From an uncultured delta proteobacterium (lineage in GTDB: Bacteria; Myxococcota; Myxococcia; Myxococcales; Myxococcaceae): DNA of 64,000 nucleotides. Location of the stretch: the NCBI GenBank assembly GCA_963713045.1, contig CAVQKE010000001.1, positions 288,001-352,000 of the forward strand, written 5' to 3'. Made by a program: the position numbers and the translations under genes. The notes beneath the pieces are model-generated. The model made no database searches. It saw only the letters and a program-made list of their open reading frames with translations, and was not told the origin of the DNA. Shown here in pieces: positions 1-9,684 of the stretch (positions are counted from its first letter, which is position 1; every line of letters begins with the position of its first letter).

Positions 1-140
1 GCTCCAGACTAGGCACTTCATCGGCGCCTGGATGTGCGTCTCTGCCAGCCGACCGAGCCCGCGCAGGAGGTGGCCCATCTGTCGGCCCGCGCGGAGGCCT
101 TCAGTATGACGATGCAGAGAGGGTTTTCAGGCGAAAGGGG

Positions 141-543
141 TCACCGCCGCCCAGCGTCCGGCGCGGGCGTCGCTTTCTTGCCACTCGCTTTGCCGAGCTG
201 ACGAATGTAGGCGACGACGCCTTGAATTTCGCTCTTGGACAGCTTGGGGAAAGCAGGCATCGACTCTGGAAGGCCGTTCGCCAATCCGCCCTTGGCGATA
301 ACCGATGCGAGGAACTCGTCAGTTTGCTTGTCGAGAACGCCGGTCGTGAAGTCCTGGGGCTGGGGCGTCACGTACACCGCTTCCTCGCCATCGCCCTTTC
401 CTTGTGAACCGTGGCACTGGGCGCAGTCGCGCTCGTAGACGGCTTTGCCAGCCGATGCTGGTGCCTTCTCTTCAGCGCTGGCCGACCAAGCGACAGCAAA
501 AGACGAGATTCACAGCGGCAACGCGGATTCGACCGATTGACAT
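141..543 (-). pseudogene. Monoheme cytochrome c (class I), interrupted by a +1 frameshift in the signal-peptide region
   Basis: ATG at 543 with AGGAG RBS gives MSIGRIRVAAVNLVF. After a T4 run (498-501) the adjacent frame continues AVAWSASA-EEK...CAQCHG...MPAF, with a CxxCH motif and a distal Met. Span 403 nt = 3n+1. Could be a sequencing error. Confidence 0.75.
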
Positions 544-683
544 GTCGGCTCCTACGAAGTTGGGAGCCCCGCCTTTATGAGCCCTCGGCGCCAAGTTCAA
601 GTGTCCAGGGCGAAACTCCATCGGCTACCGTCCACGGGGGAAGACGAGCGCCCTGAAGCCCCGTCGGTTTAGGATTGTCCATC

Positions 684-2351
684 ATGTCCTCCGCCCAGGA
701 CCTTGTCGCCCAGCGCAGAGACCAGATTTTCCCGCGGTTGACCGAGGAGCAGATAAGCCGGCTGCTTCCCCTCGGGAGCCGGCGACCTGTCCAGAGAGGT
801 GAAATCCTCTTTGAACAAGGATCGATTGACTCTCAGTTCTACGTCGTCCTCCAAGGGAACCTCGAGGTCGTTCGCCCTCTGCTCGGGGAAGAGGAGCGGG
901 TCGTCATCCATACCCCCGGCGAATTCACGGGCGAGACGAACCTGCTCACAGGACGGCGCACGTTGGTGCGCTGCCGAGTCATTCAGGACGGGGAAGTCCT
1001 TGCCCTTCACCGTGACGTTCTCAAGACCTTAGTACTCACCGACTCCGAATTGAGCGAGCTGTTCATGCGGGCATTCATTCTCCGCCGCGTCGCTCTTCTG
1101 GACGCCGGGTTCGGAGACGTGGTCATCATCGGCTCTCGTCATTCCGCGGACACCCTGCGGCTCCGGGAGTTTTTGACGAGGAACGCTCACCCGCAGACGT
1201 ACCTCGACGTGGAGACGGATCCTGATGTCCAGGCTCTCCTCGACCGATTCGGCGTCAAGTTGGAGGAGATTCCGGTCTTGATCTGCCGGGGGGAACTGGT
1301 CCTCCGCAACCCCAGCAATCAGGAGGTCGCCGACTGTCTAGGCTTCAACGCCGGGATCGACATCGCAATCGTGCGCGATGTCCTCATCGTGGGGGCGGGG
1401 CCGGCCGGATTGGCCGCGGCCGTCTACGGCGCTTCCGAAGGTCTAGACGTGCTCGTTCTCGAAGCCTACGGGCCAGGCGGGCAGGCAGCGTCGAGCTCGA
1501 AAATCGAGAACTACCTTGGCTTTCCAACGGGCATCTCCGGCCAGGCACTCGCGGGTCGAGCCTTTACCCAGGCCGAGAAGTTCGGTGCCCACGTCGCCGT
1601 TGCGCGTTCGGCGACCCGGTTGCTTTGCGAACGCAAACCCTACGCAGTCGAGCTATCCACCGGTGAAACCGTCCGAGCCAAGACCCTCATCATCGCCTCC
1701 GGAGCAAAGTACCGAAAGCTTGAGTTGGAAAACCTCACCCGGTTCGAGGGAGCGGGCGTTTACTACGCCGCGACTAAGATGGAGGCCCAAGTCTGTGACA
1801 ACCAAGAAGTCATCGTCGTCGGGGGAGGCAACTCTGCGGGACAAGCGGCCGTTTTTCTTTCGCAGTCGATGAAGCACGTCTACGTTCTGGTTCGTTCGGA
1901 TGGCCTTGCGGCGACCATGTCCCGGTATTTGATTAGACGAATCGAAGAGACCCCAAACATCACCCTTCGGACCCAAACTGAAATTGTCGGCCTGGAAGGG
2001 AAAACTCATTTGGAAGCGGTCTCCCTTAAGAACTCCGCCACTGGCGAGGTTGAGAGGCGGCCGATTCGGCACGTTTTTTCGATGACCGGTGCGGTTCCCA
2101 GCACGGAATGGCTTGCGGGCTGCGTCGCATTGGACGAGAAGGGGTTCGTTAAGACCGGCCCTGACATCAGCCGGGAGGAGCGCGATGCAGTCAAATGGCC
2201 ACGGGCGCGGGCACCGTTTCTCCTCGAGACCAGTCTTCCGGGCGTGTTCGCGGTGGGAGACGCCCGGATGAGCAACGTCAAACGGGTCGCTTCGGCCGTC
2301 GGCGAGGGGTCCATTTGTGTGCAGTTGGTGCACCGGGTTCTCGCCGAATGA
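684..2351 (+). CDS. cNMP-binding-domain thioredoxin-reductase-like FAD/NAD(P) oxidoreductase
   Basis: N-terminal cNMP fold (GEILFEQG...PGEFTGE), GAGPAG FAD motif, IENYLGFP, GGGNSA NAD(P) motif, VFAVGD, VASAVGEG. The canonical CxxC is absent. Confidence 0.85.
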   Translation: MSSAQDLVAQRRDQIFPRLTEEQISRLLPLGSRRPVQRGEILFEQGSIDSQFYVVLQGNLEVVRPLLGEEERVVIHTPGEFTGETNLLTGRRTLVRCRVIQDGEVLALHRDVLKTLVLTDSELSELFMRAFILRRVALLDAGFGDVVIIGSRHSADTLRLREFLTRNAHPQTYLDVETDPDVQALLDRFGVKLEEIPVLICRGELVLRNPSNQEVADCLGFNAGIDIAIVRDVLIVGAGPAGLAAAVYGASEGLDVLVLEAYGPGGQAASSSKIENYLGFPTGISGQALAGRAFTQAEKFGAHVAVARSATRLLCERKPYAVELSTGETVRAKTLIIASGAKYRKLELENLTRFEGAGVYYAATKMEAQVCDNQEVIVVGGGNSAGQAAVFLSQSMKHVYVLVRSDGLAATMSRYLIRRIEETPNITLRTQTEIVGLEGKTHLEAVSLKNSATGEVERRPIRHVFSMTGAVPSTEWLAGCVALDEKGFVKTGPDISREERDAVKWPRARAPFLLETSLPGVFAVGDARMSNVKRVASAVGEGSICVQLVHRVLAE

Positions 2352-2418
2352 CTGAGGCGCACTCGGCTGCCAGGGCGAGTCTCCCCCATTGCTTCTGGCC
2401 CAAGGACTGCCAGGGGCG

Positions 2419-4695
2419 ATGATTCGCGCCTTCCGGTCGCTCGGCCGCAGGATTCATCGAGACGCCTCGGCACTCCTCCAGAGCGCTCGCGCGGTACTGC
2501 GCCTGTACCTCCCGAACGAGTCGCAGCACCTGTTTGGGCTGACCATCGTCGTCGGACTCATCTCGGGAGTGGTGGCAGTCGCCTTTCACCTCGCAATTCA
2601 AGCAACCGAACACCTGTTGATTGACCGTGCGCTCAATGCCAAAGGCCATCAGTGGATCGTCTGGACGATTGTGTCACCCACCGTGGGCGGCCTGATTGCC
2701 GGAGCACTCCTGACGTGGGTCGTTCCCGACGCGCGCGGTTCTGGCATCCCTCAAGTGAAACAAGCGTTCGCTGAAGGCGGTCGAATCAGCTTCCGAGATG
2801 CGGTCGGGAAATTCATCGTTGCTACGATTGGGATCGGCTCTGGGGCATCACTTGGGCGCGAAGGTCCCACGGTCCAAATCTGCGCAGGGGCGACGAGCGC
2901 ACTCGCTAGGCTGACGTCGCTTCCTCCAAAGAGCGCACGCCGCCTCATTCCCGTCGCCGCCGCCGCCGGCATCGCCGCAGCCTTCAATGCCCCCATCGCT
3001 GCCGTGACGTTCACCATCGAAGAGGTGGTTGGCGCTCTCGACCAGACCATCCTCTCAGGCGTCGTCATTGCTGCCGCACTGGCGGCGGTCATCGAGCGCA
3101 GCGTGCTAGGCGTCCACCCCGTCATTGAGGTGGATCAGCAATACGGGCTCGACCATCCATCGTCTCTCGTCTTTTACGCGCTCCTCGGCTTGGCTGCTGC
3201 GGCGGTGTCTGCCGCCTTTACCGATTCGCTGTTGAGACTTCGTCTCTTTTTCCGTCACTTCAAGGCGATTCCTGCTTGGGCGCATCCGGCCGTGGGAGGC
3301 CTGGTGACGGGAATACTGGCTGTGGTGGCTATGTACTTCTGGGGCGTCCGAGGCGTTAACGGCGGCGGATATCAGACCCTGAGCGACGCCCTGGCTGGCC
3401 AACTCGCTTTGAAAGTCCTGCTGGCCCTATGCGTCATCAAAGGCGTGGCCACCGTTTTCTCGTATTCGAGCGGAGGCGCGGGTGGCATCTTCGCTCCGGT
3501 GCTGTTCGTCGGGGCAATGCTCGGCGGGGCTGTCGGCTATTTGGACGTCGCCGCGCTCCAGCACGAGGGACGTCAGCTCGGTGCGTTTGCACTGGTGGGG
3601 ATGGGTGCAGTCTTTGCCGGTGTTATTCGGGCGCCAATTACGTCCGTGCTCATCATCTTTGAAATGACCGGCGGCTACGGCCTCATTCTTCCTCTCATGC
3701 TGGCGAACATGACCTCCTACGCCCTGACCCGCCACTGGCGCCCCATCCCCATCTACGACGCGCTGCTCGAGCAGGACGGCGTCGTTCTTCAACACGGGAC
3801 TCCCCGCGCACATCCCCTGGAGCAACTGACGGTTGCTGAGGCGATGAGCACCCCTGTGACGAGCGTCGAAGCCAACCAGACCGTGGGCGGCGCCCTCGCG
3901 GTCGTCCGAGACAGACCATTCGCCCTTCTCCCGGTCCTCGGCGAGGCGGGAGAACTGGTCGGGGTGGTTCGCGTGGCCCGTCTCCGCACAGCGGCAGCGA
4001 CCGGCCAGGAAGGAGCCCCTCTGGGTGCCTTCATCGAGCCTGCTCATAGTGTCCCGGCCGACGCGCCTCTTATCCGCGCGGTGGTGCGCATGAACGAAGC
4101 CGGCGTCCGGCAGTCGGTGGTGGTGGACAATGCACAGAAACCCCATTCGGTGGGCGTACTGGCCATCAGCGACTTCGTGCGAGCGCATGCTCGCACCGGG
4201 CCGGCGCTCGACGCCTCACGAGCACGGACGGTCAGCCTTGCGTCTTCAGTGAGCTTGAGCGCTCGAGCGCACCAATTGATGACGCCGGTGCATGTCGTTT
4301 CTGGAGCCACTCACCTCGAGACGCTTATTGAAGAGCTCAACCGGTCGGAGTCCAAGGCTCTCATCGTCGACGGTGGACAAGGCGAGGCGGGGGTGGTTCT
4401 CCTCGAGGAGGTGCGCGAATTCGAGCGCGAAGAACAGCTTCAGGGGGTCCTCATTGCCGCCGACGTCGCGCGCAAGGTTCCCCAAGTCCACCCTGAGGCG
4501 GACCTCGCCGAGCTAGTCCGACAACTTTCCGACGCCGCAACCGATGCAGTGCTCGTTACCGAACCCGGCACGAAAGTGCCTTTGGGCGTCGTCCGGCGAA
4601 CGACGCTCGCCGACGTCCTGTTGGACTGGTATGTCGCTGAACTCAGGACGGGCTCTGCGAAGCGAGTTTCGGGAAAGACGCCGCGCCTGAGCTGA
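2419..4695 (+). CDS. ClC-family chloride channel/Cl-:H+ antiporter with C-terminal CBS domains
   Basis: GSGIP, GREGP, FNAPIAA, FTIEE, GGIFAP and IYDALL motifs, followed by CBS-like repeats. Start uncertain (2389-2419). Confidence 0.9.
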   Translation: MIRAFRSLGRRIHRDASALLQSARAVLRLYLPNESQHLFGLTIVVGLISGVVAVAFHLAIQATEHLLIDRALNAKGHQWIVWTIVSPTVGGLIAGALLTWVVPDARGSGIPQVKQAFAEGGRISFRDAVGKFIVATIGIGSGASLGREGPTVQICAGATSALARLTSLPPKSARRLIPVAAAAGIAAAFNAPIAAVTFTIEEVVGALDQTILSGVVIAAALAAVIERSVLGVHPVIEVDQQYGLDHPSSLVFYALLGLAAAAVSAAFTDSLLRLRLFFRHFKAIPAWAHPAVGGLVTGILAVVAMYFWGVRGVNGGGYQTLSDALAGQLALKVLLALCVIKGVATVFSYSSGGAGGIFAPVLFVGAMLGGAVGYLDVAALQHEGRQLGAFALVGMGAVFAGVIRAPITSVLIIFEMTGGYGLILPLMLANMTSYALTRHWRPIPIYDALLEQDGVVLQHGTPRAHPLEQLTVAEAMSTPVTSVEANQTVGGALAVVRDRPFALLPVLGEAGELVGVVRVARLRTAAATGQEGAPLGAFIEPAHSVPADAPLIRAVVRMNEAGVRQSVVVDNAQKPHSVGVLAISDFVRAHARTGPALDASRARTVSLASSVSLSARAHQLMTPVHVVSGATHLETLIEELNRSESKALIVDGGQGEAGVVLLEEVREFEREEQLQGVLIAADVARKVPQVHPEADLAELVRQLSDAATDAVLVTEPGTKVPLGVVRRTTLADVLLDWYVAELRTGSAKRVSGKTPRLS

Positions 4696-4713
4696 GACAG
4701 CGCGCAGTTGGAG

Positions 4714-5265
4714 CTAGGCGGGATTCTTCGCGACCAATTCTGCATCGATTTGCAGCTTGACCTCGTCGCCGACCAACACGCCCCCGGTCTCCAGCGGGGC
4801 ATTCCAGGCGAGGCCCCAATCCTTTCGGTTCAGCTTGCCCACTGCGGAGACACCTCGCACAACGCGTCCATAAGGGGACTTGGTAGGCGCGGTCAGTGAG
4901 TCAACGAGGAGCGTCGTCGGGCGAGTGACGCCATGCATCGCCAAATCACCGGTGACTTTGAATTCGTCCCCGTCGCGCTCAATTCGCGTCGAACGGAACG
5001 TGATTTTGGAAAACTTGTCGGCGTCGAAAAAATCCGGCGACCTGAGGTGACCATCCCGCTTCGGGTCTCCGGTCTCAATCGAAGCAGCATCAATCTCGAC
5101 CTGGATGCGCGAGCGCGTGAGGTCTGCCTCGTCCAGCGTCACTGTCCCAGTGACGCTCTTGAATTGACCGCGAACGGTCGAAACCATCAGGTGTTTGACG
5201 CTGAAGTGCGCGCGGGTGTGCGCTGGATCAATCTCCCAGTCTTGGGTGCTGGCGGCTGCAGTCAT
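4714..5265 (-). CDS. YceI-family lipid/polyisoprenoid-binding protein
   Basis: WEIDPAHT...FSVKHLMVSTVRGQF...RDGHLRSPDFFD...LNRKDWGL. Confidence 0.9.
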   Translation of the reverse strand: MTAAASTQDWEIDPAHTRAHFSVKHLMVSTVRGQFKSVTGTVTLDEADLTRSRIQVEIDAASIETGDPKRDGHLRSPDFFDADKFSKITFRSTRIERDGDEFKVTGDLAMHGVTRPTTLLVDSLTAPTKSPYGRVVRGVSAVGKLNRKDWGLAWNAPLETGGVLVGDEVKLQIDAELVAKNPA

Positions 5266-5450
5266 AGGTCGTCCTCCGGTTGGTGGCTAAGGTGCTGCCT
5301 CATCGACGCCGTCGCCAGCTTCTTTGGCGGATTAGTCTTTTCCAATGTGGGAACGATGGATTCCAAAGGAACGCCCACTCGATGGCTGTCAGCTGGCTCT
5401 TCGCGCCCCGAGCTTGTCTTCCATGGCGTGGGCATCGGAAGGTCCGGAGC

Positions 5451-7041
5451 CTAGTGAGCGCCGATCGGGGCCCCCCCGGGGCGATTCTTCTTAATGAAGA
5501 GGAGTATCAGCGGTACCAACACCAGCGTGAGAACTGCAAACGACCGGATGATGTCTACATAGGACAGCAGCGCTGCCTGCTGTTGAATCGTCTGGTACAG
5601 TTGCGCGTAAGCGTGCTGCATCGCTTGTGCCGGTCCGCCGGAGGAGCCGGCCAAACTCTCAAGGCCGTTGAGTCGCTGCTGCAGCAGGGGATTCGAGGCA
5701 TAGGTGTGGTCCACCAAGTAATTTTGGTGGGCCTGGGATCGGCGAACCAGCATGGTGGTTAAGTAGGCGATGCCGACACTGCCGCCGATGTTGCGCGCCA
5801 AGTTGAGCAGACCCGAGACCTGGTTCGTCTGACTCTGCGGAATCCCAATGTAAGCAACGGTATTGATGGGGACGAAGAGAAACGCCAGAAACACTGCCTG
5901 AAATATCCGGTAAGAGGTCGCCGTCGGCATGTCGATGGCCAGGTTGAGGCTGGTCATGTAAAACAGCGCACTCGACAGTCCCGCGAAACCGAAGGCAATC
6001 AGGTATTTCGCCGGGACCCGCCCGACCAAAAAGCCCACCAGCGGCATCATCAACATGGTGGCGAATCCGCCCGGACTAAGCACCTCTCCGGCGCGTTCGG
6101 CAGTGTAGCCCATGAGCGTCTGGAGAAACTGAGGAAGCAGCACCGTCGACCCGTAGAGGGTGCCCCCCAATACGAACATGAGTGTCGTCGACGTCGCGAA
6201 GCTCGCATTGCGCAGGAGGCGAACGTTGACGATGGGGTTGTCGTGACCCATTTCCCAAATGACGGTCGAGATGAGGCAAATGACGGTCGCCATTCCGAAC
6301 AGGACGATGAGCGGAGAGGCAAACCAGTCGTCTTGCTGGCCCTTGTCTAGGACGACTTGAAGCGAGCCGAAGCCCACTGTCACAAGCAACAGCCCAATCC
6401 AGTCCACCCGGATGGTCCGCGACGCCTCGCGCTGCGCCTCCAGGTAGGGCGGGTCCTCAACCATGATGCCACTCAGCACCAGCGAAATGAGGCCGACCGG
6501 CACGTTGATGTAGAAAATCCACCGCCAACTGGCGTGGTCGACGATGAGGCCGCCCAGCGTCGGCCCAATCGCAGGAGCGAAGACGACTGCCAATCCATAC
6601 ATGGCAAAGGCCATGCCGCGGCGGGCCGGTGGAAAGGTGTCGGCGAGAATCGCTTGCTCACTCGGCGCGAGTCCTCCGCCACCGACTCCCTGAAGGACAC
6701 GAAAGAAAATCAGCCAGGGTAGCGAAGGGGCGAACCCGCATAGGAAGCTGCTCGCCGTGAAGAGAGCAACGCACGTCATGTAAAAGCGCTTCCGTCCAAC
6801 TCGGGTCGATAGCCAAGCGCTGATTGGCAGTACCACCGCGTTGGACACCAAGTACGAGGTCAGCACCCAGGTGGCCTCATCCTGGCTCGCGGAAAGGCCG
6901 CCCGAGATGCTGCGGGAGGGCAACGTTGGCAATGCTCGTGTCGAGCACCTCCATAAACGTCGCCAAGGTGACGGTAATGGCAATGGCCCAAGGGTTACGT
7001 CGCGGCTTCCAGACCGGTGCTGCTGTTCCGCCCTCTGCCAT
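5451..7041 (-). pseudogene. emrB: DHA2/EmrB-family MFS efflux permease with +1 frameshift near 6910
   Basis: Frame 1 from ATG 7041 (GGAG RBS) gives MAEGG...TLATFMEVLDTSIANVALP. The next frame continues ISGGLSASQDEATWVLTSYLVSNAVVLP...GPTLGG. Span 1591 nt = 3n+1. Confidence 0.8.
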
Positions 7042-7063
7042 GGGGGCTCCGTCCCTTCTCGCC

Positions 7064-8383
7064 CTAGTTGGCGGCAGCGCCGGTTGCCCGGTCGAGTGCG
7101 ACGCGGGCAACGGCTCGCTCGTAGCGGGCGCGAGCCAAGTTCAGCCGAGCGGTGGTCAGCGCCGACTGCGCATCGAGCAGGTCGGTCGTCGTGCCGATGC
7201 CTGCTCGGACCTGAGCGCTGGTGACGCGGTAAGCTTCCTCCGCGCTGGCGATGGCCGTCTCCGCGACCTGCACTGCCACGAATTGCGCCTGAAGCTGGGC
7301 GTACTTGGTCGAGACCTCGTACGCCGCTTGCCGCCGCGCATCCTGAGAGAGAGCCTCGGCGGCATCCGCCTGGCGTTCCGCGCTTTTGGCGGCATAGTAC
7401 GTGGCACCCCACGTCCAGAACGGCCAGCTGACGAGAAATCCAACGTAGGTCTGGTTCTCCGGGAAGAAAATCTGGCCCTTGGTCCACTGGTAGGCGGCCT
7501 GGAAGCTCAGCTCCGGAAGAAGCGCGGCGTACAGCGACTTATCGTTGTCGCGAGCGGCCTCGGCTTGGGATAGGGCACGCGCCACCTCAGGCCGTTGGCC
7601 CAACGATTGGTTAATCAGCGCATCCACCGACTGAGGCACTGGTTCGCCAGCCAACCGTTCTAGGTCCTCCGGCTCGATGAATTGAATGCTCGGGTCCTCA
7701 GGATTGCGCGCCAGGTATGTAAGGAGCGCTTGGCGGTCGACCAGTGCGTCTGTCTTGGCCTGGATGAATTGCTGCTGGGCATTCGCAGCAGCAGTCTTGA
7801 AACGCAGCAAGTCGGCGTTGGTGATGGTGCCGGCGCGGTAGCGCGCCTCAGCGTCATGGACCTGCTGATCGAGCTCATCGAGGCTGGCCTGGGCGATGCT
7901 CTGCTGCGCCAGCGCCTCAAAGAGTCGGAGGTAGGTGGTGCGCACCTGCTCGCCCAGCGAGGCCGCGACCGCCTGCGCATCGGAGCGACTTGCGTCCGCC
8001 GAATGGTTGGCCGATGCGACTGTGAATCCGAGATGCACCAACCCGAGCAGTGGTTGGTTCGCCGAGACGATCAGTGCGTTGGTATTCAAGTTGCGGACTG
8101 GAATGTTCTGGCCCGGCTGCCCTGAGACGTTGACGGTGAAGGGCGCATTGAAATGCTGCCACTGCTCGGTGCCACTGAGCGCGGGCAACAGGTTGCCCCG
8201 AGCGCTGCGAGAGGTGTCGTCGGCGCTGTCAGCGCGCAATTGAGCGGCACGCAGCTGATCGTTGACACGGAACGCCTCCTGCACGGCTTGCTCAACCGTC
8301 AGCTGAGTCACGCTCTGCGCGTCGGCCAGTCCCCTTGGCCCGAGAAAAGCTGTCGCGAGGAGCAGCAGGGGCGATAGTCGCAT
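7064..8383 (-). CDS. TolC-family outer-membrane efflux protein
   Basis: Signal peptide MRLSPLLLLA, helical repeats, GIGTTTDLLDAQ...ALDRATG C-terminus. Lies between emrA and emrB. Confidence 0.85.
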   Translation of the reverse strand: MRLSPLLLLATAFLGPRGLADAQSVTQLTVEQAVQEAFRVNDQLRAAQLRADSADDTSRSARGNLLPALSGTEQWQHFNAPFTVNVSGQPGQNIPVRNLNTNALIVSANQPLLGLVHLGFTVASANHSADASRSDAQAVAASLGEQVRTTYLRLFEALAQQSIAQASLDELDQQVHDAEARYRAGTITNADLLRFKTAAANAQQQFIQAKTDALVDRQALLTYLARNPEDPSIQFIEPEDLERLAGEPVPQSVDALINQSLGQRPEVARALSQAEAARDNDKSLYAALLPELSFQAAYQWTKGQIFFPENQTYVGFLVSWPFWTWGATYYAAKSAERQADAAEALSQDARRQAAYEVSTKYAQLQAQFVAVQVAETAIASAEEAYRVTSAQVRAGIGTTTDLLDAQSALTTARLNLARARYERAVARVALDRATGAAAN

Positions 8384-8391
8384 AGGGCCCT

Positions 8392-9609
8392 TCACTCGTT
8401 GACGTGGACGGTGACTTCCGCCGATTGGCCAGCCCGAAGAACTACGCCAGCCGGGACGGAATCCAGCGTGATGCGGACTGGGATTCTTTGAGTAATCTTG
8501 ACGAAGTTGCCGGTGGCATTGTCCGGGGGCAGCAGAGAGAAGCGCGCACCAGTCCCGCCGGCGAGGCTCTCCACCTTTCCGGCCAGCGTCTTCCCCGTCC
8601 CATCGACGGAGACGTCCGCCGGTTGCCCGGGGTGCATCTTCGCAACCTGTGTCTCTTTGAAATTGGCCACCACGTATTTCTTGTCCGGCACAAAGCTGGC
8701 GACCGTCTGCCCCGCGGCCAGCGTCGTCCCGGGATAGGCGGTCAGCCGACTGACCACGCCGTCCCCCGGGGACAGCAGCCGCGTCCAAGCTAGATTGAGG
8801 TTGGCCAGTGCGAGCGCGGCCTCGGCGCTTTTGACGCGAGCGTGTTGGTAGGCAGCGTTCGCATTGGCCGCCGCAATCAGTGCGTCCACTGGGCGGCTGA
8901 CCACGACGCGGCCCTCGGCCTCGGTCACCTGCGACTGGCTGCGGAGCAGCTGCTCCTCGGCGGCAGTGACGCTGGCTTGAGCTGCTACCACCCCCGCCTT
9001 CGCCGAGTCGTAGGTAGCGAAGTATTGGTCTGCCTGCTGTTGAGGGATGGCGTTGTCTTTAAGCAGACTTCGGGCCCGCTCGACGTTGGTTTCGGCCAGC
9101 TTCAGGTCAGCCTGTCGGCTCACCAGCGTGGCTCGCGCCTGCTCCACCTGGGCTCGCGAGTTGGAAACGGACCGGTTGGTGCCGGTGAGACTGGCCTCCG
9201 CCTGGGAAAGTCCGCCATGGGCGCCGGCTGCGGCGACGGCCGCCTGTGCATCGGCGGCATCCGCCTGAGCACGGGCGCTGTCCAACTCGGCCTCGGACTG
9301 CTGAACCTTAGCCAAATAGTCCGAGTCGTCCAGCTGGAGGATGAGGTCGCCCGTCTTGACGTGCTGGTTCTCGGCAATGGCGACTTTGACGACTTGGCCG
9401 CCGACCCGGAGGGCGAGGGGGACATAATCGGCATCCACCTGTGCGTCGTCGGTCGATTCCTTCCCCAGGCCGAGGAGAACCACGACCACTGCCCCCAGCA
9501 CGACTACCCCGACGACCATCCCAATAAGGACGGGCGGCGTGAGCTTCCGTTTCGCGCCCGACTCGACCTCTGCAGCCTGCTTCGGCTGCGCCAGTGCGGC
9601 CTCGGCCAT
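8392..9609 (-). CDS. emrA: HlyD/EmrA-family membrane fusion protein
   Basis: N-terminal TM, ESTDDAQVDAD, coiled coil, VANFKETQ, FSLLPPDNATGNFVKITQRIPVRI. Confidence 0.9.
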   Translation of the reverse strand: MAEAALAQPKQAAEVESGAKRKLTPPVLIGMVVGVVVLGAVVVVLLGLGKESTDDAQVDADYVPLALRVGGQVVKVAIAENQHVKTGDLILQLDDSDYLAKVQQSEAELDSARAQADAADAQAAVAAAGAHGGLSQAEASLTGTNRSVSNSRAQVEQARATLVSRQADLKLAETNVERARSLLKDNAIPQQQADQYFATYDSAKAGVVAAQASVTAAEEQLLRSQSQVTEAEGRVVVSRPVDALIAAANANAAYQHARVKSAEAALALANLNLAWTRLLSPGDGVVSRLTAYPGTTLAAGQTVASFVPDKKYVVANFKETQVAKMHPGQPADVSVDGTGKTLAGKVESLAGGTGARFSLLPPDNATGNFVKITQRIPVRITLDSVPAGVVLRAGQSAEVTVHVNE

Positions 9610-9638
9610 GCCCGTCTCCCTCGTTAAGGCCGGTCCTT

Positions 9639-9662
9639 TAACCGACGTCGTTTAGGTGTCAA
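9639..9662 (-). promoter_or_regulatory. Putative sigma70 -35 element and overlapping palindromic operator upstream of emrA
   Basis: TTGACA on the minus strand at 9657-9662. Imperfect palindrome TAACCGACGTCGTTTA at 9639-9654. Sits between marR and emrA. Confidence 0.45.
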
Positions 9663-9684
9663 CCAATTCTGTGTGAAAAACGGT

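Noticed and set aside
2348..2422. Third frameshift joining ATG 2348 to the ClC frame at the C5 run
   Set aside because: Possible, but ATG 2419 already gives a complete ClC and there is no homology evidence for the extension.
2419..4695. Fluoride-specific CLC-F with a fluoride riboswitch
   Set aside because: The motifs are the canonical GSGIP/GREGP/Y, not the CLC-F type. No crcB-motif RNA was recognised here or before crcB, which has only a 14-nt gap.
5451..8788. ORF-track N-terminal extensions of EmrB (to 7487) and TolC (to 8788)
   Set aside because: They overlap neighbouring genes. The real starts are 7041 (frameshifted) and 8383.
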